Shown: positions 44,612 through 55,126 of the stretch, piece after piece | Numbering within the stretch: the stretch's first letter is position 1 | Layout: every line of letters begins with the position of its first letter | NCBI GenBank assembly: GCA_017619495.1 | Contig: JAFZSF010000013.1 | Coordinates: 10,228 to 74,227, forward strand | From: Clostridia bacterium | GTDB lineage: Bacteria; Bacillota; Clostridia; Christensenellales; UBA1242 | Length of the DNA: 64,000 nucleotides | Reading direction: 5' to 3' | The notes under the pieces: model-generated | Told to the model about the DNA's origin: nothing | Database searches by the model: none | Seen by the model: only the letters and a program-made list of their open reading frames with translations | Translations under genes and position numbers: made by a program

Positions 44612-45724
44612 ATGAATATTCAGTTTCCGTCCGGTTCGGGCATTCAAGGTTTTGTTTACTGGTTACTATCACAAATTATGGGTTGGGGTTGGGTTTCGTA
44701 CGCCTTTGCCATCGTCTTCTTTACTTTGCTTATTAAGTTAATGATGGCACCCATCGATTTTTTGAACCGTTTTTTAACGCGTCGCACCCAAATTAAACAA
44801 CAAGCTTTATCGGGTGAATTGGCTGATTTACAAAAAACTTATGGTAATGACCCCATGGCTTTTGCTCGTGCGCGTCAGGCTTTGTACCAAAAAAATGGTG
44901 TTGGTGGTTTGGGCAGCAGTTTGGTCGCCTTGGCTAGTGTGATTTTAACGATGGTCATCTTCTTTCAAGTCATGGGTGCGTTGGGTAATATTTCTAACTA
45001 TAATATTCGTGTACAATACCAAGAGTTACAAAGTGTTTATCAAGAATATAACGATGGTACCCATACCGAAGACGAATTGACTGCCGCGTTAAACGAAAAA
45101 TATCATAAAACTAAGATTCAAGCTGGTTGGATTAAAAACATTTGGCAACCGGATAGTCCGATGGCAAAACCAGTTATGTCGGTTGATGAATATAACAAAA
45201 AACAACCTAAAGAGTTTCAACTAACTACGGACGAACAGAAAGCTGAATACAACGCCATTTTTAACCGCATTAACACCGCAAAGCAAGTTAATGGGTATTT
45301 CTTATTGGCGGTAATTTCGGCAGTAACTGTGTTCTTGTCAATGAAAATTAACGCCATCATTGCCAAACGCCAAGCGCCTAAAAAACCAGCGGAAAAGCGA
45401 GCCGAACCCATTATTACTTATTCCATGCGTGATGCGAAACAGCAAAATGGTAACACCGAACAGCCGATGATTGACCCCGCCCAAATGTCCAAAATTATGA
45501 TGTGGACGATGCCGTTTGTTTATGTTTTATTTGCAACAATGCAAACTTCGGCTTTCGCAATTTATATGATTGCGTCTTCGGTGGTCTCAACTTTGTTATC
45601 GGTAGGCTTTGCTTGCTTGATTGACTTGATTATGCGCCACATGAAGCAACCGGAAATTAAAAAAGATTTCGATGCTACGGTGATTAACCCGCATGCGAAG
45701 TATTTCAAAGGAGGAAGAAAATGA
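44612..45724 (+). CDS. yidC: membrane protein insertase YidC/Oxa1 family
   Basis: 370 aa. FAIVFFTLLIKLMMAPI ... conserved TM core. rnpA-yidC-jag synteny. Confidence 0.85.
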   Translation: MNIQFPSGSGIQGFVYWLLSQIMGWGWVSYAFAIVFFTLLIKLMMAPIDFLNRFLTRRTQIKQQALSGELADLQKTYGNDPMAFARARQALYQKNGVGGLGSSLVALASVILTMVIFFQVMGALGNISNYNIRVQYQELQSVYQEYNDGTHTEDELTAALNEKYHKTKIQAGWIKNIWQPDSPMAKPVMSVDEYNKKQPKEFQLTTDEQKAEYNAIFNRINTAKQVNGYFLLAVISAVTVFLSMKINAIIAKRQAPKKPAEKRAEPIITYSMRDAKQQNGNTEQPMIDPAQMSKIMMWTMPFVYVLFATMQTSAFAIYMIASSVVSTLLSVGFACLIDLIMRHMKQPEIKKDFDATVINPHAKYFKGGRK

Positions 45725-46494
45725 ATCAATCAGTAACAGTTAGCGCCAAGTCTTTGGACGAGGCCATTACCAAAGGTTGTGCCGAACTCGGCGTGGCTTT
45801 GGACGAAGTCGATTTTGAAGTGGTCGACGAAGGCGGTATGTTCCGCAAAATGCAGGTTAAGGTTACGGTAAAGCATGCTGTCAAGGACGAAGTAAAAGCG
45901 GCAGTAAAGGACGAACCCAAAACCGAACCCCAAGTTGAAGTAGAAGCAGGCACAGTGGAAGAATTTATGATTGGTGGCAAAACCCAAACTGCCAAAGCTC
46001 CCAAAGCACCACGCAAGGTAACCGAATTTGACCCGAACTGCCCAAAGTTCTCGAAGACGATGGCGTTTGCGGAAGAGTTCTTTAAGTTAATGGGCGACAA
46101 TTTGTCCGTGGTTAGTTCCTATACAGATGACGAATTTATTATTGCGGTCGATGGCGAAGATGTAGGTCGTTTAATTGGTAAAAATGGTCGTACGATGGCG
46201 GCCATCAATACGATTATCAGTGCGATTGCCATTAATACTCATACCGACGAACCGCGTCGTGTTATAGTTGATATTGGCAATTACCGTGAAAAACGCAAAG
46301 ACTATTTAGTTGATTTGGCGAAACGCAAAGCCGAACAAGTTAAACGCACGGGTCATGCGGTTCGTTTAGACCCCATGCCAGCACGTGAACGCGTGATTGT
46401 ACACTTAACCTTACAAGATGTGGAAGGCATTATTACCGAAAGTGAGGGTGTCGAACCACATCGTTACTTAGTGATTAAACCCGGGGCCAGATAA
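45721..46494 (+). CDS. jag: Jag/KhpB RNA-binding protein (Jag_N, KH, R3H)
   Basis: 257 aa. KH-like GRLIGKNGRTMAAIN. R3H-like LDPMPARERVIVHL. Confidence 0.8.
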   Translation: MNQSVTVSAKSLDEAITKGCAELGVALDEVDFEVVDEGGMFRKMQVKVTVKHAVKDEVKAAVKDEPKTEPQVEVEAGTVEEFMIGGKTQTAKAPKAPRKVTEFDPNCPKFSKTMAFAEEFFKLMGDNLSVVSSYTDDEFIIAVDGEDVGRLIGKNGRTMAAINTIISAIAINTHTDEPRRVIVDIGNYREKRKDYLVDLAKRKAEQVKRTGHAVRLDPMPARERVIVHLTLQDVEGIITESEGVEPHRYLVIKPGAR

Positions 46495-46505
46495 GCCGAA
46501 CCATC

Positions 46506-46530
46506 AAGCCCGTGTCATGCGGGCTTTTTT
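46506..46530 (+). terminator. terminator after jag
   Basis: AAGCCCG/CGGGCTT hairpin plus a T6 run. Confidence 0.8.
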
Positions 46531-46617
46531 ATGTTGTGAATATTCTTTGACCAACTATGCAAAATAAATTAAACTAAAATAGTGTTCAATAAGAATACTA
46601 AAGGAGGAAAATATAAA

Positions 46618-47301
46618 ATGAAAAACAAAAAACTTGGAAAAATTTTACTTTGTACTACTTTAGCATTGGCGACACCGTTTGCATTGACGGCTTGCAGTAA
46701 AAAAGCCGCCGAAAACAACACACCTGACAACAACGAACCAGAAATCCAACAACCAGTTGTAAGTGATGTTAAAATTGCTTATGCTAAGGATTTTGAAGGG
46801 GCAAATACTAACAACACAACCATAAAATCATATACTGAGGTTAGTGCGGTTAAAGACGACTTATGTTTGGTCGTACTTGGCGAGGCTGATCACTCTAAAG
46901 AATATATCGTTACTGATGGACAAAAATATCCTGTCACTGGGGAAGGCGCATACCCTGCTGGTTATGGTCAAGGTGTTTGGAATAATGTTATGCAAAATAT
47001 TGATTCAATGCTTGGCGATGGCAGCGCTATTAAGTTAAACGAAAGTCACAAATATGTAATTACAGTAGACAAAGGAATTGAAACAGCATTTAACAATTAT
47101 GTTAAATTGTACAGTGATGACACCCAAGTTTGGCAAAGTATGGCATCGTACTTCAATGGTGCAGTAGGTGTGTATTTTACTACTAGCGATGACCGTGATG
47201 TGATGATGGATGTATCTTATAATGAAACCGAAAATAAAATTTACATTACCGTACTTTCGTTTACAGGTCATGCTATGGCTACTGTTTTACAAAACATGTA
47301 A
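46618..47301 (+). CDS. hypothetical lipoprotein
   Basis: Start at ATG 46618 with AAAGGAGG SD. Lipobox LTAC in MKNKKLGKILLCTTLALATPFALTACSKK. Confidence 0.65.
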   Translation: MKNKKLGKILLCTTLALATPFALTACSKKAAENNTPDNNEPEIQQPVVSDVKIAYAKDFEGANTNNTTIKSYTEVSAVKDDLCLVVLGEADHSKEYIVTDGQKYPVTGEGAYPAGYGQGVWNNVMQNIDSMLGDGSAIKLNESHKYVITVDKGIETAFNNYVKLYSDDTQVWQSMASYFNGAVGVYFTTSDDRDVMMDVSYNETENKIYITVLSFTGHAMATVLQNM

Positions 47302-47332
47302 TGAAAAACAAATGCATAAAGTAATTTATAGC

Positions 47333-47359
47333 AAAAAACCGTGGAAACCACGGTTTTTT
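47333..47359 (+). terminator. terminator after the lipoprotein gene
   Basis: AAAAAACCGTGG/CCACGGTTTTTT hairpin. Confidence 0.85.
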
Positions 47360-47418
47360 GTTGTCTTGGGCATTTTTGCTTGATAAAAACGGGTCGGGTG
47401 TTGTATCTTAATTAGGAC

Positions 47419-48198
47419 ATGAAAGAAGTAACGCCAGAAGTATTTTATTACACTGACCCCTTGCATGATGAATTTTCGGGGATTACCAAAAATACCATTA
47501 CGGTGGATAAAGATTTCAAATATGTTTCCAAAAATCCGCTGTGGCGTTTAATTAGTTTTTTGATTTACCGTGTTATTATTACGCCATGGGCGTATTTGCA
47601 TTGTAAGCGTAAATTCAAATATAAAATTGTCAACCGTAAAGCCTTGAAAATACACAAACACGACGGTTATTTTGTTTACTCAAACCATACCTTGGTTGGT
47701 GGTGATGCCTTCTTCCCCAGTATTGTCAACGCGCCGCGTAAGCCCTACATTGTGGTTAATGCTGATAATGTTAGTACCAAAGGTACCAAGAATTTCATTA
47801 TGATGTTAGGTGCAATTCCGATTCCAACTAAATTTAGCGGTATGCCTAAATTCATGCACGCGATTAAAACACGCTGGGCGGAAAAACACCCGATTTATAT
47901 CTATCCGGAAGCACACTTGTGGCCGTATTATACGGGAATTCGCCCGTTTGTCGCGACCAGTTTCAAATATCCCGCCGAATTAAATTCACCGGTTTACGCT
48001 TCCACAACCACTTTTCAAAAACCTAAACGCGGCCGCACGCCTAAGGTTACCATCTACATTGACGGACCATTCTATCCGGATTTAAGTTTGTCCGTGAAAG
48101 AAAACCAACAAAAATTGCGTGACGCAGTCTATAATGCTATGGTAGAACGCAGTAAGTACAGTACTTATGAGGTGATTAAATATGAACGCAAGCATTAA
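47419..48198 (+). CDS. lysophospholipid acyltransferase (PlsC-like) family protein
   Basis: 259 aa. SNHTLVGGD (variant H-x-D box), IYPEAH, and RP..TSFKYPAE patterns. Confidence 0.55.
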   Translation: MKEVTPEVFYYTDPLHDEFSGITKNTITVDKDFKYVSKNPLWRLISFLIYRVIITPWAYLHCKRKFKYKIVNRKALKIHKHDGYFVYSNHTLVGGDAFFPSIVNAPRKPYIVVNADNVSTKGTKNFIMMLGAIPIPTKFSGMPKFMHAIKTRWAEKHPIYIYPEAHLWPYYTGIRPFVATSFKYPAELNSPVYASTTTFQKPKRGRTPKVTIYIDGPFYPDLSLSVKENQQKLRDAVYNAMVERSKYSTYEVIKYERKH

Positions 48199-49024
48199 TT
48201 TACTTTATGGTGGTAATGATTACGCTTTTGATGGAGTGGTGACTTCGCTTTTATCGGTAACTAAATATTGCCACCGCCAGTTAAATGTCTATGTTTTTAC
48301 CATGGATTTGTCCAATAAAAATCCACAATGGAAACCTTTGAATGCCAGTCATGTCGCGGTATTTGATGAAATTTTACACCAAGCCAATCCGCAGAGTCGT
48401 ACCATTTTGGTCGATATGACGCAGGCGTATTTGGCGGAACTGGACGGTAACGCTAACGAATCCACTTCGTATACACCGTTTACTTTATTACGCTTGTTGG
48501 CGGATAAAGCTCAACTGCCGGATAAAGTTTTGTATTTAGATACTGATATCATCGCCATGCGCGATATTTCCGAACTCTGGGAACAAGATATTACCGGTTC
48601 CCACTTTGGGGCAGTTTTAGATCATTACGGCAAAGTCTTTATTAGTCCCAAATATATTAATGCGGGTGTGCTGTTGTTAAATATGCCAGCGCTGCAACAA
48701 GACCATGCTTGGGAACAATATCGTGCGTTGATTCGCACCAAAAAAATGAAGTTTTCCGACCAGTCCGCTTTGAACGAAGTATCCAAAGGTCATATTAAAT
48801 ATTTGGCGGGTAAATATAATCACCAAAAGCGTTTGCGTAAAGATACGGTCTTACGCCATTTCGCAAAAACGATTATTTGGTTGCCGTATTTTCATACGCG
48901 CAACATTAAGCCATGGAATGAAACTATGTTGCACAAGTACCGCATTCATTATATTGATGATATTTTGTCCGCTTACATGACAATTAAAAAGAATTTTGTA
49001 GACAAAAACCAAATTAAAAATTAA
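48182..49024 (+). CDS. glycosyltransferase family 8
   Basis: 280 aa. YLDTDIIAM (DxD), NAGVLLLN, FSDQSALN. Confidence 0.75.
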   Translation: MNASINLLYGGNDYAFDGVVTSLLSVTKYCHRQLNVYVFTMDLSNKNPQWKPLNASHVAVFDEILHQANPQSRTILVDMTQAYLAELDGNANESTSYTPFTLLRLLADKAQLPDKVLYLDTDIIAMRDISELWEQDITGSHFGAVLDHYGKVFISPKYINAGVLLLNMPALQQDHAWEQYRALIRTKKMKFSDQSALNEVSKGHIKYLAGKYNHQKRLRKDTVLRHFAKTIIWLPYFHTRNIKPWNETMLHKYRIHYIDDILSAYMTIKKNFVDKNQIKN

Positions 49025-49042
49025 CCTACCATAGGAGAACAT

Positions 49043-50011
49043 ATGAACCAAAACATCATTCCCATTTTTTTAACTTCGGACGATAATTACATTCCCTACT
49101 TGTGTGTCGCGATTAAGTCCATTACTGACCATTGCAATCCGCAATTAACTTATCGTGTTCATGTATTAAACAATGGTTTGACCCAAAGTAACATGGACAA
49201 GGTAAAAACTTTTGAAACCGATTTTTTAACTATTGAATTTGACGATGTAACTGCCCAAATTAAGCCGTACAAGGCAGCGATGGATAAAGCCTTGCGCGAT
49301 TATTACAGTGACGCCATCTTTTACCGTATTTTTATTCCGAAAATGTTTCCGCAATACCACAAAGCCATCTATATTGATAGTGATGTAGTGGTTCTAACCG
49401 ATATTGCCAATTTATTTAATGTGGATTTAAAAGATAACTATTTGGCTTCGGTGCTTGATGAAGTTGCTCCCAGTCAGCCCGTTTTGGTCGATTATGTCGA
49501 AAACGCGGTGGGAATTCCGATTAATCAGTATTTTTGTAGCGGTGTGGATTTGTTCAACTTGGACGCGATGCGTGCCCAGCAAGTGGAAGAAAAGTTTATC
49601 GCCTTGTTAATGACTTACAACTTTGAAACTATTGCTCCCGACCAAGATTATTTGAATGTAATTTGTAAAGACCATGTTTTATATTTACACCCCGGTTGGG
49701 ATAAACAAGCTAATCCGACACCATATAACGATGCGTTATACATTGTACATTACAATATGTTCATGAAACCGTGGTTGTATTTCGATGTCCCTTACGAAAA
49801 ATACTTCTGGCAATACGCACAGGAAACCCCATTCTATCAAGATTTGTTGAAAAAGCGGGAAAACTATACCGAAGCGCAACGACAAGCCGATCTTATGGGC
49901 GCGCAAAAAATGGGTGAAACCTGTGCCGCAATTTTAACTAAGCCGCATACTTTCAAGCAAATATTGGCGCATACCACCATTGACGAAGTTTTGGCTAAGT
50001 ATAGAAAATAA
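49043..50011 (+). CDS. glycosyltransferase family 8
   Basis: 322 aa. PIFLTSDDNYIPY, YIDSDVVVL (DxD), PDQDYLN. Confidence 0.75.
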   Translation: MNQNIIPIFLTSDDNYIPYLCVAIKSITDHCNPQLTYRVHVLNNGLTQSNMDKVKTFETDFLTIEFDDVTAQIKPYKAAMDKALRDYYSDAIFYRIFIPKMFPQYHKAIYIDSDVVVLTDIANLFNVDLKDNYLASVLDEVAPSQPVLVDYVENAVGIPINQYFCSGVDLFNLDAMRAQQVEEKFIALLMTYNFETIAPDQDYLNVICKDHVLYLHPGWDKQANPTPYNDALYIVHYNMFMKPWLYFDVPYEKYFWQYAQETPFYQDLLKKRENYTEAQRQADLMGAQKMGETCAAILTKPHTFKQILAHTTIDEVLAKYRK

Positions 50012-50026
50012 CATGATTTAGGAGCA

Positions 50027-50995
50027 GTGGTGGAGAGTGATTTGATCAGTGTTTTAATACCAGCCTATAATGTGGAGAAATATCTCGCACGCTGCTTGCG
50101 TTCCGTATTGAAACAAACTTACCGTAATTTGGAAATTGTGGTGGTTGATGACGGTTCAGTAGACCAAACTTATGCGGTGGCTAAAAAATATGCCGCTACT
50201 GATGCCCGTATCGTTTTGTTACAAAAGGCCAACGACGAAAATGTTGCCAAAGCGCGTAACTATTTATTAGACCATTGCCATGGTAAATACTGCGTTTGGG
50301 TTGATAGTGATGATTGTATCAAACCACGCTATGTGGAAAAATTATACCAAGCTATGCTTAACCATAACGCCGATTTAGTGGCTTGCCGTTTTGCGATGCG
50401 TTTTTTCCCTTTCCCAATTTTACCACCTTTGCGTAAAGTTAAGCGTATTTATACTGGCGATAAAATTTTACCGCAATTAATTTATCGTAAGGGTATTGTG
50501 TTGTGGAATAAAATGTATCGTATGGAAATTATCAATGGTGATGAACCAGTGCGCTTTGATGAAAACTATTGTTACGGCGAAGACCTATTATTCAATTTGC
50601 GTTACTTAAAACATTGCCAAACTATGGTCTGCTTAAATCAACGTTTGTATGCTTACTATTGGCGTACCGGTTCTGAATCACATAAACAATTTTCTTGTTC
50701 ACACATTAATTTAATCAACCGCTTAATTGAATTATGTGCCAAGGAAACCGATCCCGTAGTTAAACAAGCATTGACCGGTTGGGTGGCGTTTAGTTGTTGT
50801 GCGGAGAGTTTTTTAGCTGGTAAACATGGTAAACAGCACGATTTAACACCGGTTAAGCACTTTGCTTACCAAAATCGTCATGTTTTATACAAAAATCGTT
50901 TGGCAAAACCTTACCTCAAATGTATGCTGTGGTTAGGGTTAAAAACTTGGTGCCGTCCGCAAAAACCCGTATACATTAAAGATAAAGGAAACTGA
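50027..50995 (+). CDS. glycosyltransferase family 2
   Basis: ISVLIPAYNVEKYL, VVVDDGSVDQT, WVDSDD. Start may be TTG 50042. Confidence 0.8.
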   Translation: MVESDLISVLIPAYNVEKYLARCLRSVLKQTYRNLEIVVVDDGSVDQTYAVAKKYAATDARIVLLQKANDENVAKARNYLLDHCHGKYCVWVDSDDCIKPRYVEKLYQAMLNHNADLVACRFAMRFFPFPILPPLRKVKRIYTGDKILPQLIYRKGIVLWNKMYRMEIINGDEPVRFDENYCYGEDLLFNLRYLKHCQTMVCLNQRLYAYYWRTGSESHKQFSCSHINLINRLIELCAKETDPVVKQALTGWVAFSCCAESFLAGKHGKQHDLTPVKHFAYQNRHVLYKNRLAKPYLKCMLWLGLKTWCRPQKPVYIKDKGN

Positions 50996-51000
50996 TTATT

Positions 51001-51906
51001 GTGGACATTAATATCTTGAAAGAATCACCTGCCGATTTTGCCGACGCCTTGCAAAAACAAAAAGAATACGAACGCGCCGGAAAATTTAATCTCGACGAAA
51101 ACGAAAACACTTATGAAGGTTGTGACCCCGTCGATGAAACTTTTAATTATTTACGCCGTCGTTACCGTGACCGTATTAAGCACTTCTTTTATATTCGTGA
51201 ATTAAAAAAATATTGCCGTAAAATCAACCGTAGCTTAACCAATTTGAAAGTGGTGGGTCGCACCAATTTATTTGGTTTGTTTGGTGGCTACATTGTAACT
51301 TGTAACCACATTAGTAAAGTTGACTCCTTTGCAGTGCGTGCGGCGGTGGGTATAGATATCAAATTTGTTGCTGCCGATTTTAATAACTGGAAAGGTAAAA
51401 TGGGTAATATTGCGCGTAACACAGGCTACTTGCCGATTCCTGCTAATTTGAATTTATCGGTCATGCGTAAGTTTAATCACGCAATGGAATACTTTTTGCG
51501 TAAGCGTTGGCCAATTTTAATTTATCCCGAACAATCAATGTGGCGTGAATACAAAAAACCTCGTCCGTTGAAACCGGGGGCTTTCCATTATGCTGCCAAA
51601 TATCATCGCCCGATCGTGCCGTTGTTTATTACAATTGAAGATAAACCCGAACATTTGGACGAAGTGGGACGCGTTAATTTTGGTAACTACACCATTCATA
51701 TTTTGCCACCAATTTACCCGCGTAAAGAACTGGACGAACGCGCTAATGTGGATTATTTGATGAGTGCTAACTTTGAAGCGTGGCGTCGTTGTTACGAACG
51801 CACCTATGGTATTCCGTTGCGTTACGATACAATTGTGGACGAAAATACACCTGCCATTATTAAACAATACGCGCAAGCACAAACTACTGATGTCAATAAT
51901 AAATAA
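51001..51906 (+). CDS. lysophospholipid acyltransferase (PlsC-like) family protein
   Basis: 301 aa, GTG start. CNHISKVD (H-x4-D), IYPEQS, KPGAFHYA. Confidence 0.65.
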   Translation: MDINILKESPADFADALQKQKEYERAGKFNLDENENTYEGCDPVDETFNYLRRRYRDRIKHFFYIRELKKYCRKINRSLTNLKVVGRTNLFGLFGGYIVTCNHISKVDSFAVRAAVGIDIKFVAADFNNWKGKMGNIARNTGYLPIPANLNLSVMRKFNHAMEYFLRKRWPILIYPEQSMWREYKKPRPLKPGAFHYAAKYHRPIVPLFITIEDKPEHLDEVGRVNFGNYTIHILPPIYPRKELDERANVDYLMSANFEAWRRCYERTYGIPLRYDTIVDENTPAIIKQYAQAQTTDVNNK

Positions 51907-52032
51907 TGTTTGCTTGTCAGTGAAATGTAATCTGTGGTAACCTTTGATTGGCGACAGTGCGAAATTCCTACATCGTACCAAATTTTATGTTTCAACATTA
52001 AATCCAAAATCGCTAAGGAGACTTAAAAAGAC

Positions 52033-52755
52033 ATGACTACTGAACTTAGGAAATTGCCACAGCATATCGGTTTTATTATTGATGGCAACGGACGCTGGGC
52101 CAAAGAGCGTGGTTGGCCACGCAATAAAGGTCATCAACATGGCGTCAAAAATTTAGATGTCGTGATTAAAGAGTGCTTTTATCGTTACCATATTCCTTAT
52201 GTCAGTGTTTATTGCTTTTCTACCGAAAATTGGAACCGTCCTAAGTCTGAATTGGATTTTTTATTTAAGTACTTTACTGATTATTTGAAAGCCAACAATT
52301 TTGTTAAAAAGTATCCCCATGTGCGTTTGAATATCATGGGTGACTATACCAAATTCCCCGCCGCGTTAGTTAAAAACGCCCGTGAAGTGATGAAAGCGAC
52401 TAAAAACGAAACGCAGTACATTTTGAACTTGGGCTTAAATTATAGTGGACAAGACGAAATTGTGCGCGCTGTCAACCAAATGTTAACCGACAAATTAGCG
52501 CCGACCGTCGACCGGGCCACCATGGAAAAATACTTATATACACACGATGAACCATTGTTGGATTTCGTAGTGCGTATCAGTGGGGAGCAGCGTTTGAGCA
52601 ATTTTATGTTGTGGCAAGTTTCTTATGCAGAATTATATTTCCCCAAGATTTATTGGCCGGCTTTTGGGGCAGAAGATTTACATACCGCGTTGTTAGAATA
52701 CCAAAACCGTCATCGTCGTTTTGGTGCCATTTCCGAACAAGAAGAGGACGCCTAA
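52033..52755 (+). CDS. uppS: isoprenyl (undecaprenyl) diphosphate synthase
   Basis: 240 aa. HIGFIIDGNGRWA, FSTENWNRP, RISGEQRLSNFMLWQ. Confidence 0.9.
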   Translation: MTTELRKLPQHIGFIIDGNGRWAKERGWPRNKGHQHGVKNLDVVIKECFYRYHIPYVSVYCFSTENWNRPKSELDFLFKYFTDYLKANNFVKKYPHVRLNIMGDYTKFPAALVKNAREVMKATKNETQYILNLGLNYSGQDEIVRAVNQMLTDKLAPTVDRATMEKYLYTHDEPLLDFVVRISGEQRLSNFMLWQVSYAELYFPKIYWPAFGAEDLHTALLEYQNRHRRFGAISEQEEDA

Positions 52756-53388
52756 ATGGGTGAATTTTTAGCGCGTGTTTTTGGTGGTAATTCAATTCTC
52801 GGTACGCTTTTAATTGCGATGTTACCGTTGATTGAATTAAAGGGTGCCATTCCTTTGGGTATGAGTGCCAGTATCTGGGTGGCGTCGGCATTAACCACTT
52901 GGCAGGCGTTTTGCTGGGCATTATTAGGCAGTTGCTTGGTGGTACCATTTGTCGCTTTGTTATTCCGCCCGATTTATAATTGGATTAAGGATAAAAAATT
53001 TTTCAAAACCATCGTTGATTTTGTGGTTGGTGATGTTGCTAAGCGCTCGGATCAAATTAAAGCCGAAAATCAAGATAAAACTGCGCGTCGTACTTTGTGG
53101 CTAAAAATTGTCGCCGTGTTTTTGTTCGTTGCGTTTCCTGTCCCGCTGACGGGAGTTTGGACGGGTACCTGTTTTGCTGTTTTGTTAGGGTTGAACTTCT
53201 GGGTGATTTGTGCCACCGTAATTGCGGGCAACGCGGTTTGCGGGGTAATTGTTACTTTTGTTTGTCAAGTTTTTCCGCAGATTACCGATATTCTGTTGGT
53301 CATTTTCTTGTTACTAATTTTGGCAGCAGTCATCACCAAAATCATTTTACACATAATTAAAAAACATCATCATAACGAAAATTGTTAA
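52756..53388 (+). CDS. small multidrug-export-like (COG2426-type) membrane protein
   Basis: 210 aa. LLIAMLPLIELKGAIPLGMS N-terminal pattern. Starts 1 nt after the uppS stop. Confidence 0.55.
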   Translation: MGEFLARVFGGNSILGTLLIAMLPLIELKGAIPLGMSASIWVASALTTWQAFCWALLGSCLVVPFVALLFRPIYNWIKDKKFFKTIVDFVVGDVAKRSDQIKAENQDKTARRTLWLKIVAVFLFVAFPVPLTGVWTGTCFAVLLGLNFWVICATVIAGNAVCGVIVTFVCQVFPQITDILLVIFLLLILAAVITKIILHIIKKHHHNENC

Positions 53389-53476
53389 TGCCTTATTTAT
53401 ACGCTTGTTTCCCAATATGACTAAATTAGTACTTGTATTTAGGTTGGGTAAAATGATATACTGCAAGTAATATTGG

Positions 53477-53494
53477 TTAATATGCGCATATTAA
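53477..53494. promoter_or_regulatory. perfect 18-bp palindrome in the leader of the LRR surface-protein gene
   Basis: TTAATATGCGCATATTAA, 5 nt upstream of the AAAGGAGG SD and downstream of TGaTATACT. Confidence 0.5.
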
Positions 53495-53507
53495 CAAAGG
53501 AGGACTT

Positions 53508-55040
53508 ATGTCAAAAAAAGGAATAATTGCGGTACTCAGTGCGGTTGTACTGATGGTTGTGGCATCAATTAGTTTGGTACTTGCGATTGGGCATAATGTC
53601 AGTGCAGATAGTGAACCGGTTATTACTGTGAAAGATCGAGAATATTTTGAGATTGGTGATGACAATATCCTAAGAGGATTCTCAGAAAGTGGTATCATTC
53701 AAGCGCGTAATGCAACTTGGCTTAATATAGAGATTCCAGCGGGAGTGGTTGAAATACAACCAGATGTAGGTGATGATAATTTTGCTCCTATGCTGAGTGT
53801 TTTTAGTCGTCGTGGTGAAGATTGTGCGGCGAAGGTAGTAAAGGTATCATTGCCTGAAGTGTTACAGGTAATTGGTGATATGGCTTTTGCTAAATGTAGT
53901 AATTTGCAAGCAATTACACTGCCTGATGCTGTCCTTACTTTAGGAAATTATGCATTTTATGGTTGTGACCAGCTGGAAACGATTGTGATTCCATCTACTG
54001 TTACAACGATTGGTTCTGGTCTGTTTGAATCATGTGAAAATTTAAAAAGAATAATTGTTGAAGATTCAGCTTTGAAAACAAATCCTAATTTACTCCCATA
54101 TAGTAGCATTGTGTTTGATGATGAATGTACTGTGACTTTTAATGCTAATGGTGGTACACCTGTGGACGAACAAGTGATTAATTATAACAGCACGGTAACT
54201 AAACCAGCAGATCCGACGCGTGAAGGTTACACCTTTAAAGGCTGGAAATTAAATGACAGTGACTATGAATGGAGCACTCCTGTGACGGAGAATATTACTC
54301 TGACAGCGGAATGGGAAATCAAGCAATATACTGTGACATTTAACAGTAATGGTGGCAGTCCGGTTGAGACACAAACCATTGAACATGGTAATGTGGTATC
54401 TGCTCCGACATCGACCATGGCAGGCTATGGTGTTAAATATTGGTATACTACTAACGAAAACGAAGCATATGATTTTACTACTCCGGTGACACAAGACATT
54501 ACTTTGACTGCGAAATGGGTAGTAGCTTATACGGTTCAATTTGATGTCCCGCAAGGTAGCACTGTTTCTGATCAGTTGGTTAACGAAGGCGAAAATGCCA
54601 CAATGCCGGTACCGACGCGTGAAGGATATGCGTTTGAATATTGGTATACCGATGACGAAAGTGTTCCATTCAATTTTGAACAAACAGCCATTAATGATAA
54701 TGTAACTTTACACGCTAAGTGGATTAAAACATATGTTGTTATGTTTAATACCTATGGTGGTGATGAGCTTGACGACCAGATAGTTAAAGCAGGCGAACGC
54801 GTATTAAAAGAGACGCCGACTCGTAAGGGTCATACCTTTGTCGGTTGGTACAAAGACGCAGAGTACCAGGAAGCGTATGATTTTACTACCGCAGTAACCA
54901 GTGATTTTACCTTACATGCTAAGTGGGAAGCGAATTTTAAGGTGGATACCAATATCGTGATTGCGGTTGCGATTGGCGTGGCGTCGCTTGTGATTGGTAC
55001 CATTATCTTAGTTGTAATTATCAAAAAACATAAAGATTAA
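53508..55040 (+). CDS. surface protein with BspA-type leucine-rich repeats and Listeria-Bacteroides repeats, C-terminal TM anchor
   Basis: 510 aa. N-terminal signal/TM. LRR units (IGDMAFAKCSNLQAITLP, LGNYAFYGCDQLETIVIP, IGSGLFESCENLKRIIV). Four units of about 67 aa (VTFNANGG...GYTFKGW...ITLTAEW). C-terminal hydrophobic helix plus KKHKD. Confidence 0.8.
   Translation: MSKKGIIAVLSAVVLMVVASISLVLAIGHNVSADSEPVITVKDREYFEIGDDNILRGFSESGIIQARNATWLNIEIPAGVVEIQPDVGDDNFAPMLSVFSRRGEDCAAKVVKVSLPEVLQVIGDMAFAKCSNLQAITLPDAVLTLGNYAFYGCDQLETIVIPSTVTTIGSGLFESCENLKRIIVEDSALKTNPNLLPYSSIVFDDECTVTFNANGGTPVDEQVINYNSTVTKPADPTREGYTFKGWKLNDSDYEWSTPVTENITLTAEWEIKQYTVTFNSNGGSPVETQTIEHGNVVSAPTSTMAGYGVKYWYTTNENEAYDFTTPVTQDITLTAKWVVAYTVQFDVPQGSTVSDQLVNEGENATMPVPTREGYAFEYWYTDDESVPFNFEQTAINDNVTLHAKWIKTYVVMFNTYGGDELDDQIVKAGERVLKETPTRKGHTFVGWYKDAEYQEAYDFTTAVTSDFTLHAKWEANFKVDTNIVIAVAIGVASLVIGTIILVVIIKKHKD
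54126..54935 (+). repeat. four tandem Listeria-Bacteroides-type repeat units (protein level, about 67 aa each)
   Basis: Residues 207-476 of the 53508 ORF. Units start at CTVTFNANGG, YTVTFNSNGG, YTVQFDVPQG, YVVMFNTYGG. Confidence 0.75.
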
Positions 55041-55090
55041 TTTAAGCACTAAGTTTGACGATATCAACAGTTTGATTGGCTTTAATCAAC

Positions 55091-55119
55091 TTGCCAAGCA
55101 AGTTTGGTTTGGTTAAAAT
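55091..55119 (+). promoter_or_regulatory. galE promoter, leaderless configuration
   Basis: TTGCCA, 17-nt spacer, TAAAAT, then 7 nt to ATG 55127. Confidence 0.6.
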
Positions 55120-55126
55120 ATTAGTA

